Shown one piece after another: positions 1 to 20,013 of a stretch of DNA of 64,000 nucleotides. A program made the translations under genes and the position numbers. The notes under the pieces were generated by a model, which saw nothing but the letters and a program-made list of their open reading frames with translations, was not told the DNA's origin and ran no database searches. Each line of letters starts with the position of its first letter. Positions within the stretch are counted from its first letter, which is position 1. The DNA is from Strigamia acuminata (lineage: Eukaryota), in the NCBI GenBank assembly GCA_949358305.1, contig OX442314.1:32302001-32366000 (forward strand). The letters run 5' to 3'.

Positions 1-729
1 TATTTCAAAATTCAAAATTTTACAAATTAAAAAAAAAATCTATGTACACGTATAACCAAAGTCCACACATCTGACTCAGATCTAAAATTTCAAATCCCAT
101 CGTTACTTTCATTTGAATTTTAATACTTTTCCACATTCTTATCGCCAGCCAATGGGCGCAAACGGCGGCAATCCAAACCAAAACCCCTTTCGGTAAAATT
201 TAAAACTCTCGCATTTCCATCCCTTTCGAGGCCGTTGCTGCGTTACCTCGACCTCACCCGTACAAACCGAGCGGCGAAATATGATTTGCGGTTGGCCAAA
301 CCATTCGCATTGAGACTCGTCCGGGCTCGACGAAATAAACAAAAAAAGAAGAAATTCCCCGACTTCATTCCACAGTGTCTCGACCGGCTGGGAAAGAAGG
401 GGAATTTGTGAAGAGTGGGTTCCCGAATGGACGATGGTCACCGAGCACAATAGATGGGGTAATTGAACGTTTTAAACGCCTCCCAGAGTGCCAGTCGAAC
501 CCGTTTGGACTCGTCGTGTTTGTTTGCACGGCGCGCGCAGTGCCGCAACGTGGCGGTGTTTGGCATTAAGGCGGGCGACTTCAACGGTTGTAACGTTTGC
601 CACTTCGCAGTAAACACGCGTGGTCGTTAATATAAAACCGTTAAATCGATCGAGGTGGAGTTTTTTCTTTGGTTTTTTTTAATTTTTAACCGAATTGTGT
701 GATATGCGGGACTTGTGCGCTCATTTAAC

Positions 730-773
730 ATGGGTATCTTGGCAACAATCAAAAGACGGACACTCGAGTTCTT
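730..773 (+). CDS. Candidate alternative first coding exon of HECW (MGILATIKRRTLEF)
   Basis: ATG at 730, 14 codons plus 2 nt, then a consensus donor GTAAGT at 774. Phase 2 matches the acceptor at 2954. Confidence 0.4.
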
Positions 774-2151
774 GTAAGTGAAAAACGGAAATTTATTATT
801 ATTTTTATATAAAAATTGGAAATTTTTAATTTTAATTAAAAAATTAATTTTTTCGGTGTTGTTTGGTGTTGGGTTTTTGTTTGCATCCTTTGTTTTGTTG
901 GTTGTTATTATTTAATAGGAAATTGGTTTGAGGGAGGAAGTGGTGTCTTTGTTTACGGGGAAGGCGACGGGCGACGGAAACATCTGCTCTTTTCCCCCGA
1001 GGTTGAGTCATTGTGGGCGGCATGGGTGATGCACAGATGCGTGCTCGTTTGGAATTTTTAAAAATTACACGTTTTTTGTGTTTTGTAATTTTTTTTAAAA
1101 AGGTTTTATCTCGTTAATGAAATAACTGGATGGTTTGGCGATAAAAATACATTATTTGCGTACTTTTTTGTACGTTTAAAAAAAGAAATTTATCAATTTT
1201 TGTTTGTTCATCTCGCTTTATCTGTCTGTGTTTGCAAAATTGCGCCATTTCAAACAATGTCATTATCGTTTTTACAATTCCTACCGAATTTTGCATTACG
1301 TGGTTCAATAAATCACGTAAATTTTTATTTATTTACTTTTTTTGTAATGGTCAAAACGGGAGATGAGAAAAAAGGGAATTTAGCGCGCTGTAGTGCGGGG
1401 CAGCACCGCGCGCTTTTACAACATTTCATTAGTTTCAATTAAATTTCATTATATCTCAAGGGATACGTTATATTACTCTGTACTGTTGACAATTAGGCAC
1501 GAGTCATGGAGTCCTTCACGCCGAATGAATTTCTGCCATTGGATTTGGATTTTCTTTTTTGTTTTTCCGGTTTTTTTTCTCAAAACCATTTCTCCTTTTT
1601 CATGGTCAAAAAGCGTTTAGAAATCGCACAAATCCGTGCGCTTATGGCAACATCATTATTTTAATTTTTTTAAAAAAGAAACTTCGGGGTGAATTAATTC
1701 GCAGCCGTTGACGAAATGTAGAGTGCGCATTGGCGTAACTTGGGCAAATCTGCTGGATCAAGGTTAGAAACCAATAGAGCCGCTAAAACAAAGTGGGTCA
1801 CTGCCACAAATTTCACTACTGGTCGTTTGCAATGGCGCACAAAGTGTTATTAGAAGTTATTACATAAAATAAATCGTTCCGAGCGATTTATTTCGACCCA
1901 AGATCGGAATTACCAGCCATCCGTGCCGTATCATTTCGGCTCTCGAAGTATCGAAGCATCGAAGGCCGAAAGTTAAGCCTACCGTCTTCACCCGAAAAAT
2001 AAGACCATGGTGTTGTATTCGAATATAACAAACAATTTATTATATAATTGTCCATATAGTAAGGTAGCAAATAGGCTTGAAATCAAAATTTTCCCAAAAA
2101 TGTAACATATAAACCAAATTTTTACTTATCCAAGATGGCTGACAAACTGTT

Positions 2152-2218
2152 AACCACCCTCTGCTACCAATTGTCAACCATCCTCTGCTACCAATTGTCA
2201 ACCACCCTCTGCTACCAA
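2152..2218. repeat. Three tandem copies (about 24-bp unit) of AACCACCCTCTGCTACC-AATTGTC
   Basis: Read directly; the same core occurs at 24383-24552 and 33135-33151. Confidence 0.8.
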
Positions 2219-2953
2219 TTGGATGTTTTATGTTTCTATGTTTTAAGTTTTATCGGGTTTGGTGTTATGCTCAGCCAATACCGTGCGAGTTTGTCGAAAA
2301 AGTAAAATTGTTATTTCCTCTATCGAATGAAAAAAGTCAGAATGTCGTTCGAAATCTGTCGTCGGAAATATCTTTGTGAATATAAAATGCATCGTTCTGA
2401 GGGTAGACCAGGAAAGTGCAGTATAGCAAATTAAACCAGCAGCAATACGGTAGACAAGAAATAAAATCTGCCGTGTCTATCATGTTCGAGAAATGCGTCG
2501 TACCAGAGATTTTTGGAGGTGCATTCGATCGGACAATTTGTGTAATCGAATGTTTGTCGTTTTTATGGCTCCCGCTAAGCCTTTTCGCACATAGTTGTGA
2601 ACGGATCTGTTGGAGAAATAAAAGCGCCCATTGTTTCTCGACAAAGCCGTTTATCCTTGTTTGCAATGGCCGCCGGCCTTGTTTACCTTAATGTTTGAAA
2701 ACAAAAGTTGTAAATGTAAATTTAAGTAAATGGTTTTGTGAGTGTTGTGGAGGGACAGGAAGCGTGTCCCCTCGGCTACTGAGTCATTTGCAGACAGGTT
2801 GATATTTGTGTCGAGAGCACCTGCATGATTAAAGGGTTATCCTGTTGTTTGACTCGACTTCCTTTGTTTACACCTGCATTTTTAATGAGCTTGATAATGA
2901 AATTAATTAATTTTTTTAAATAAATAATTTATTTATTTATTTTTTTTTTACAG

Positions 2954-10641
<7,688 letters not shown>

Positions 10642-12761
10642 GCGAATGACCGAAAGCGAAGCGGCAGTGCCTTTCTGCTTTCTCCTTCATCCCTTCGTCT
10701 CAACTAGTCAGTCTGTGCGAAAATAAATGAATAAACGAAATAAAAATGCATATCCGCCATTTTTGGACTAAAGTGCTGATCAGACTCGAAAGAAAAAGAG
10801 CAAAACTTGTAAATATTTTTCAACATTTTCAATATTTTGTACATTTTTTGCAAATCATCCTACGATTTTTAGTAGTGCTTTCCTGGTCACATGTCTTTCA
10901 TCTCTTTTTTCCTTTGTACACTCGTGGAATTTTCATTTGTTGGGGACCAAGTCCCGGATTATATTAACAATACACACTCCTGTCGTCATGTGACAGCAAT
11001 AATCAAGTCATGAATTAAGGAACTCAGGGTGATTTTGTTGGTTTTAAGTTAAGTTGAAGTGGTTTTTTTAATGTAATTGTACATTTTATTTTTTTGTTTT
11101 TTGTTTTATTTTTTTTTTTGTATTGTATATTGAGTTTTGTGAGAAAGTCAAAGAAATGTGCCATGGCTTGGACCTGCTGTTGTGTATTTTTTTTCCAGAC
11201 AACTTTTGCTGAAGGAAATAAAAATATAATTATAAAAATGTTTTATTTTCATTTCGTTGCACGAGTTGGCCATTTTTATTTTATTTTGATATTACGTGTC
11301 ATTTGCGATCTCGTGTAGTCGTTAAAGGATATTTTGTGACGTAGGAAATGTTCACTCGGAGCGAACGGTCGATGAATCGATAAAAATGGAGGAGTAAATC
11401 GGCTCGTAAAGCCAAACTTTTTGAATGAATTTCACGTTTTGAAACACATAGTGCACTCGTAAGACCCCGATAAACGGCAAAAACCAACGGAAACTAATTC
11501 CCATTTTATACTTTCCAGCCATTTAAACCAACTGAAGAAATTATCCGACAAAATGAGCGAAGATTTCAGCTAATATTTACAAGATCCAATCAACGCCTAT
11601 TTAATCCTCAAAACATCAGCTTATTGGGAAGAAGTTTAAAAATTAAATTAATGAACCCCCAAGATGGTAATCGGTTTTTAAAAAAAATCAAAGAATTTTT
11701 CTTTATTGTTTGTTCCTATGTTTATTTGTCGATTTTTTTGTGTTTGTTTTGAGTTTGTTTGATTTTTTTTGTTACAATTCATCAAATTTTAATTATTTTT
11801 GTACTTTTTAGCACTGTGTCATCCTCGGGCAGCCAAAAATCGTGATTTTACGAAGATACGATGACAAAAGTTGAGGATAAAAAGTGAGGAGATGACGGGC
11901 AGACTAGACCTGGTCTCAGGGCTCCAACTCCGTCTCTCCGGGCTCTGGGTTTGGATATAATATCTCCGGTCCGGATGACCAGATTTTGTCGCTTCTCAAA
12001 GTATAACCGTAACTTACAATCGTATAATTTATTATTATTGAGATGATACAATTTTTTTCTATTGATATAACCGACTTACGGTCCGCAAGTCGGTTAATCG
12101 ATGAAAAGAAGAAAAACGTTGTCTAAGCGTAAAAATAAATTGAAATATGGTCCCCCAGAGGTGTTATCACGAGAGTCTGTGTCAGGCTGCAAATGGGGTT
12201 TGTTTATGTGAAAAAATTGAATTTTTCGACATTTAAAACTCATTTTTGTTATGACAGTATCTAATAAATGGTTCCACGAACGTGGGCAAGAGTTTGGACA
12301 ACCCTTCAGACAAAAATTAAACAAATAAAATGAATTGTAGTTAGTTCTCTCCTGATTTAGACTCTTCCTATTTTAGTATGACGTAAATGCTCTAATAGAA
12401 TGCAGGTGTTCTATTGACAAAACCCAGATTCCTCAATTCGGTCGATTTAAATATTTATTTCAATTTAGACGTTAATTTTAGCTGTTTTGTTCAATTTAAT
12501 AGTAGTTTTACGTTGAATTCAGTCGTTTTGGTCCACAATTTTTACAACAAAAATGGCATTTTAGGAACGTCCACCGCTGTAACTCAACACACGAGCGCCA
12601 TTTGTGCTTCAACGGAATAAACAAACTACTCCCAAAACTATTCAAGAAAAATTATTTATTACCATTTTTCACTTGTACAAAAAAAATCGTTATATAAAAA
12701 GGAAACGAAAAAAAGAAAAAGAAAATGAAAGAAAAAAAAAAATGGTGAAACTGCTTAAAAA

Positions 12762-14168
<1,407 letters not shown>

Positions 14169-14583
14169 TTAGCTGCGGGAATCGAGAATGTTCGTTGTGC
14201 GCATGAGGTCGGTGGTGAACGTGAACAACGGGGCGCGGAAGCGAAAAGGAGGCACGGCTAAGGCGACGTTGGCGGTTAGGTTTAGGGAAAACCTGGAATG
14301 CGGATCGAGCCGGCTGACCATCATTTGCTGCGGAGGGCTACAATGGAAATTTATTAGCGGTTCGTTTCGTCTGGTTGCGACGGAGATATCATTGTTTAAT
14401 CAAAGATAAGTTGATTTTATTTATTACATTTTGAAATTGAAATATATTTTTATTTGAATTAAATCTATTTTATTTGTGTTTTTGCCGGGTTTTGCTGTTT
14501 GACTGGTTTTTGGGGGAACTACGTGCGGGGTTTGATTGGATAAGGCTTAAGTCGCTATCATGTGACCTAACAACAGTTACAAC

Positions 14584-15321
14584 CGAGGGGTGCGACAATC
14601 AGAATCTGCTTGTCAGAGATTCGAATCTTCTTTGGGATTCGAAAGATTCGGATGGGATTCGGAAAGATTCGGAAAGATTCGGGGGATTCGGCTGGGATTC
14701 GGGGGGATTCGGATAGATTCGGGGGATTCGGGGGGATTCGAATGAGATTCGGGGAGATTCGGATGGGATTTGGTGGGATTCGGCGGGATTCGGTGGGATT
14801 CGGATGGGATTCAGAAAGATTCATATGATTTTTTTCAAATAAATTTAGTGAAGTGGAAATTTTTTTAATTTTAATTTTAACTCTAGTGAAATGTGGTAAA
14901 ATACGAGGTAAAATAACACGCAATCAAATGCAATCACAATTGCGAACAATGATGAATTCCGGGCTCGATTCCGGGATTAATTTGAAGTTCGCGCTAAATC
15001 ATAAATGCGCATGCGCAGATACCGCGCAGCGAGGTGCGCAGGTATAATTTCTTCCGATGATGATTTTACTGATGATTTTACGGACAATTTCAAGGACAAT
15101 TTCAAGGAAGTTTCTTGTAAAAATATTATTACATTTTTTAATCATAAATTTTGTTTTTATTTTTCTCGATTTGTATACAACTTAAAGATTCGAGATTCGA
15201 AGATTCGGTGGGATTCGGAAAGATTCGGGTGGGATTCGGAAAGATTCGGGTGGGATTCGGAAAGATTCGGGCGGGATTCGGAAGCCATTGTCAGAGATTC
15301 GGTCGAATGTCGCCCCCCTCG
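14584..15321. mobile_element. hAT-type MITE with 8-bp TSD GTTACAAC
   Basis: GTTACAAC at 14576-14583 and 15322-15329; TIRs CGAGGGGTGCGACA / TGTCGCCCCCCTCG; arrays of GATTCGG near both ends. Confidence 0.88.
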
Positions 15322-16213
15322 GTTACAACACTGATCCTGGTGGAGCGATGAGCCTAGTGGTAGATTACGGAACTATTTTATTTGGATCCTGTCTAATATT
15401 TATTTCGTTTGTTGTTGCCCAGATGGGTAATGGTACGGACTACCACGGACAATTGGATTGTGTCGGAGACAATTAAATTTGGAGCTTTTTAGGAAATGCA
15501 AAAGTTGAAATTTCTCTCAATGATTTTTTTTTTTATAAAAAAAAAATTCAATTTCTACGTGCATTCATGTATATTTATGAGTTTTTCAGAATAATAAATA
15601 AATAAATAGATAAAAAATTGCGGAAAAAAATTATATTAGATTTTTTAAAGAATTTTTTGTATGCAAATGAATGATAGAAAACCATTGGGTCGGAAGGACC
15701 CCAAACTTGCTTGGACTGGTCTTGGCCTTTTGGGGCAACGACTGCGCAGACGCAGTAAGCATCGAAGCGGTTTACGGTGTTGCTAATGTGGGTTGAAGTT
15801 ACAATTCTACAACTGCTTCATGCCCTTGACATTAGACGCGAACAAATCCTTTGTGGGAGGCAGGTGGCGTAAGTTTTACTGGTTTTCCACTTGATTTGCA
15901 GCTAATTCACTGGATGTGCACTTGATTTGCAACTCATTTGCAAATTTTACTGGATTTTCACTTGATTTCCAGTTGATTTACTAGCTTAACGGTTCAATAT
16001 ATTAATTAGATGGCCTATTATACAGTATGGTAAGTTTTTGCTACAAATTTAATGCCAAAATGGTTCATTTTTGTTAAAACTCAAAAAGAAAAGTAATGTA
16101 TTGAAAATGTAATAAAATATATGCAGAAATTTTAAGTTTATTTTATGGTATTTTTCGGGGGGGAAAAATACAGATTTTATTTTAAATCTAAAAGAACAAT
16201 TAAAAAAAAATAT

Positions 16214-16332
16214 TGAGAACAGCATCTGGGATTCCCAGGCGGTCACCCATCCAAGTACTAACCAGACCCGATGCTGCTTAACTTCGGGGATCGGACGAGA
16301 ACCGGTGTTTTCAGCGTGGTATGGCCGTTCTC
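16214..16332 (-). rRNA. 5S ribosomal RNA gene (copy 1)
   Basis: The reverse complement reads GAGAACGGCCATACCACGCTGAAAACACCGGTTCTCGTCCGATCCCCGAAGTTAAGCAGCATCGGGTCTGGTTAGTACTTGGATGGGTGACCGCCTGGGAATCCCAGATGCTGTTCTCA (119 nt). It is followed by a T-run terminator (A-run at 16202-16210 on +). Confidence 0.95.
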
Positions 16333-16737
16333 ATACAAACTGCTTTACAATGCAATATATAAAGCAAAATAATTATAATGAATTTCTTTTGCTAATACAA
16401 TGTGCTAAAAAATTTGAAACTTTTTGTGGTAGTAGTGGATATGTAGAGGCAACTGAGGAAAAAGATTAAAGGGTTCAACTTAGAAGTAAATACGTATAAA
16501 TACGTGAATTATTATTTTTTTTATAGTCACGAAGTTTGATTTTGTTATTGTGTGGGAAAGCAATGCTGAGAAGCATCCGTGATGCGGAGTTTCTTTTGGT
16601 GTTCGGGCTAAGTTTTAACGTTTTAAAAGCATATAGAACAACTACGTAGCATTGTACAGTTTAAAAAATAGCCGCAATATTTAGCAAAAGAAATTTTTAT
16701 ACATACTTTATATATTGAATTGTAAAGGATATTGTAC

Positions 16738-16856
16738 GAGAACGGCCATACCACGCTGAAAACACCGGTTCTCGTCCGATCCCCGAAGTTAAGCAGCATC
16801 GGGTCTGGTTAGTACTTGGATGGGTGACCGCCTGGGAATCCCAGATGCTGTTCTCA
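16738..16856 (+). rRNA. 5S ribosomal RNA gene (copy 2)
   Basis: Identical 119-nt sequence with box A (AGTTAAGCAGC) and box C (TGGATGGGTG); T-run at 16860-16866; TATATA about 29 nt upstream. Confidence 0.95.
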
Positions 16857-17059
16857 ATATTTTTTTGTTTTAATATTTAAAATTTTTTTTTTTTCCTCTA
16901 AAAACTCCCAAAAACCAAAAAAATTCTTATTTTCTCTATATTTTTAATTAAATTTCCAATACATTTTTCTTTCTTTTTTGAAATTGGACCATTTTGGCAA
17001 TAAATTTGTAGTAAAAATCTACTATACCATTTAATTAATACAATGTGATGTTAAAAGAT

Positions 17060-17124
17060 ATAAAAACAACCACACAAACAAAAAACACAACTTTATAAAT
17101 GCAAATTTTGTGTTTAATTTTATT
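17060..17124 (-). terminator. Polyadenylation signal and GU-rich downstream element of the mini-PAF1 gene
   Basis: Minus-strand AATAAA at 17124-17119, followed by GTTGTGTTTTTTGTTTGTGTGGTTGTTTTT. Confidence 0.55.
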
Positions 17125-17429
17125 ACTAGATTTTTAACTGGGCATTTAATTTAGTCTCCGTGACACAAACGGACAAGTGCAAAACTTGTCAAATGGAATG
17201 TTGAATGTGGTAGCAAAATATCAAAGGGAATAACTCTATTTCCCTATCAACTACCCGAAACAAAAATTCGCAGCCTAAATATAAAACATTTATACCAAAA
17301 ACTCGATTAATTTCTCACGTAGCCGTAAAAAAAACCAGCCAATCCCTACGACATTCTGCCATCACATTCAACATTCCAATAGACAAGTTCCGCACTCACA
17401 CACTCAATAAAACAAACAACATTTCACTT

Positions 17430-17834
17430 CTAAACTGCCGCTTTTACATCAGTTTTATCGTCTTCAATTCCCACTTCATCCGCCATTTTGTGACCACCTA
17501 AAATCGAATTGCCGGTTTCCGGTTCACCGGAATCTCCAGATTCTCCACCCGCTTCAGTATCATCTTCGTCATCTTCGTCGCCGAGGAACTTTATACTTTG
17601 ATCAGCTAAATCAAGTTGAGGAATTGGATCCATCGTGAATAATTTTCCAATTGTGGCCGATAAATCGAGCTCGGTGAGCAACTCGCGTTGATAACTGCTT
17701 TCCAAAGACGATAACGGATCGTAGTAGACGAATCTATTCATTTCGGACTGACACAGGACGAATTTTGCTTCGAAAGGAATATCCGGCAAATTGTTGCAAT
17801 ATTTAATTCCGCACACTAATCCAATTTGAGCCAT
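17430..17834 (-). CDS. PAF1: Truncated, intronless PAF1 paralog (N-terminal region plus acidic tail), 134 aa
   Basis: GLVCGIKYCNNLPDIPFEAKF...NRFVYY...SSLESSYQRELLTELDLSATI...LDLAD matches the PAF1 N-terminus (VCRVKYCNSLPDIPFDPKF...[28 protein letters not shown]...LDPADE). The ORF is open, with promoter and polyA signals. Confidence 0.75.
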   Translation of the reverse strand: MAQIGLVCGIKYCNNLPDIPFEAKFVLCQSEMNRFVYYDPLSSLESSYQRELLTELDLSATIGKLFTMDPIPQLDLADQSIKFLGDEDDEDDTEAGGESGDSGEPETGNSILGGHKMADEVGIEDDKTDVKAAV

Positions 17835-17862
17835 CGTCTAACCCGATCAAGAATCGCACTTA

Positions 17863-17897
17863 AAATGATTTAATCTTCGCACGAATCCCCTTTTATA
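17863..17897 (-). promoter_or_regulatory. TATA plus Initiator core promoter of the mini-PAF1 gene
   Basis: Minus strand has TATAAAA at 17897-17891 and the Inr TCATTT at 17868-17863 (A+1 = 17866), so TATA is at -31. The ATG follows 32 nt downstream. Confidence 0.7.
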
Positions 17898-18042
17898 AGT
17901 CCCAAATCATAGTCACGTCGTACTGACGTTAATTTATTCCACCTCACGTCGACCCGACGTTACTTTAACGACAATTATCAACAACAAGTGTACTTTCATT
18001 AAATATTTATTTTAATACAATTTCCAATACATTTTAGACGTT

Positions 18043-19548
18043 TTATAAGAAAAACCGACGACGACTCGTTTCCATTTCGTGGCGCTGAAATAAAAAATGA
18101 AAAATAAATCCAAAAAACTGAAAATAAATCCAAAAAATGGAAAATAAATCCAAAAAATGGAAAATAAATGGAAAATATATCCAAAAAATGGAAAATAAAT
18201 GGAAAATAAATCCAAAAAATGAAAAATAAATGGAAAATAAATCCAAAAAATGGAAAATATCTTCAAATTTCGTTTTCTACCTTCAATTCCCACTCGTACT
18301 CTCCAAACTTTGAATCAAACGTGCCCTTCTGCAACGATTTAAGGCGCAGCGTAAACCGCGGTCCCAATTCCTGAATGCCGACCTTCTTTTCGCTCCTAAA
18401 TTGATACCTAACCGAAGAAAAAATTCAATAAAACCACCAAATCGGTCGTGGAGGGGCCTCGAGTCACCTGTGATGTCGGAAAAAGATGTAATCACGTTGG
18501 TTGTGAAACGTGCACACGTTCCTCCCGTTAAACTGCGGGTCGTAGTGGAAAATCGAGCCCAACATCCTCGCGATCGTGTGCCCCAGACGAGTGTTGAAGT
18601 TCTTGAATATCAGCTCGGGTCTGTGCTCGCTTTTCTCCCCGCGAAGTTTAATTTCGCTTGAGAATCTCAGACTGTTGATTTTGAAGTACGCGGTCGGTCC
18701 TTCCGGTAGATGGATGAGCAACAAGGCATCTAAATAATTATAAAATATATATATATGTATTTATACATCGAAATTGTAACGATTTAAGACGTACTCGGCA
18801 CTCTTTTGTCTTCGTTTACTATAATTATGTCAGTGAACTCCTTTTCGATGCACGATTTCACCATTTTCTTCACGCTGGAGCGGTTCCGCCAACGAATGAG
18901 GGCGTTTGGAACGATTTGACTCAATTCTTTACAAAACCGGTTGGTTTTCTGTATTTTAAAATTTTAAAATTTAGAAAAAATTTCGATATATTTGGGTATT
19001 TTGCGGGTTTTAGCACCGTGTGTGGGTTGTCTGCCGTCGTTATGAGCACTTTTGGAGGCATTTCTTTGTTGAAATACGGCGCCATTTCGTCGTTGGCTTC
19101 GTCGAATTCAACCTGCATGGATTTAATTTATTAATTAATATTTATTTTTGTCGTTTTTGAATTTAAAAAATTACTTCATCGTCCTTTTCATCTACTATCG
19201 TCTCATCATATTCGCGAGTGCTTTCGATAGTACGCGGTGTTTGTTTCGGCGGCGCCTAAATAAGTGAATTGTTGTGATGATTATGAATATTTAATGTTAT
19301 TTGTTTGTATACTTTATCGCCCAATTTCTTGTCCTCTTTCCGTCGCTCTTTTCGCTGTTGTTTTTTAATCTGAAATTGCAATTTCAAAAATGTTAGCGAA
19401 TCCAGTGATTCTTTTTTTAAAAAAAATATTTGCAGGAACTAACCTTATTTTTTTCACGTTTTAGTTTAATAAATTCCTCCCTTCGTCGCAATTTATTCTT
19501 GATTTTAAACGTTTCTCTTATGGATTGTTTCTCATCGACCGGCGCCAT
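18043..19548 (-). CDS. RPF1: Ribosome production factor 1 (Brix domain)
   Basis: Exons 19548-19444, 19369-19313, 19255-19175, 19112-19017, 18948-18795, 18729-18468, 18407-18281, 18084-18043. Protein: MAPVDEK...IKNKLRR...[13 protein letters not shown]...PPKVLITT...[11 protein letters not shown]...[13 protein letters not shown]...[15 protein letters not shown]...[11 protein letters not shown]...GEYEW...[10 protein letters not shown]. Confidence 0.95.
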
Positions 19549-20013
19549 CTTAGACACGTTGTTTTGAACAACTGTCTACACGAAGAGCAACACCGGGGCA
19601 ATAAAGCGATACGTGCAGATCTACGCCGCGAGTAAAAAAGTTAGCCAAAAATACATTTATTTCCTCGTATTCTTTTTTAATAAAAAATTAAAATGATTCA
19701 GAAATCACATTTTTTAATCATTAGAATTAATTTCCACCAATCAAGCCGCTTCCAGCTCTCCCATCCGCCATTTCGAACACGTAGTAATCCAGATCCAGAT
19801 CAAGTTCCCAACTACTCCATTCGATCCAAAACATTCTCGTTTCCACAAATTCAAACGTTTAAAAACCAACAACCAACGTAATACCTTACAAAATATCATT
19901 TATTCCACGTCTTTACAAGTAAGAAATATCCACACTCCATATTTATAAAACAAATTAAATTTTTAATTTAAAAAAACAACAAAAAAAAAACCAAAAATCT
20001 TCCATTCCAAACA

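Noticed and set aside
14567..15351. Repetitive ORFs (GFGKIR, DSERFG)
   Set aside because: Translations of the GATTCGG arrays inside a MITE; no transposase motifs.
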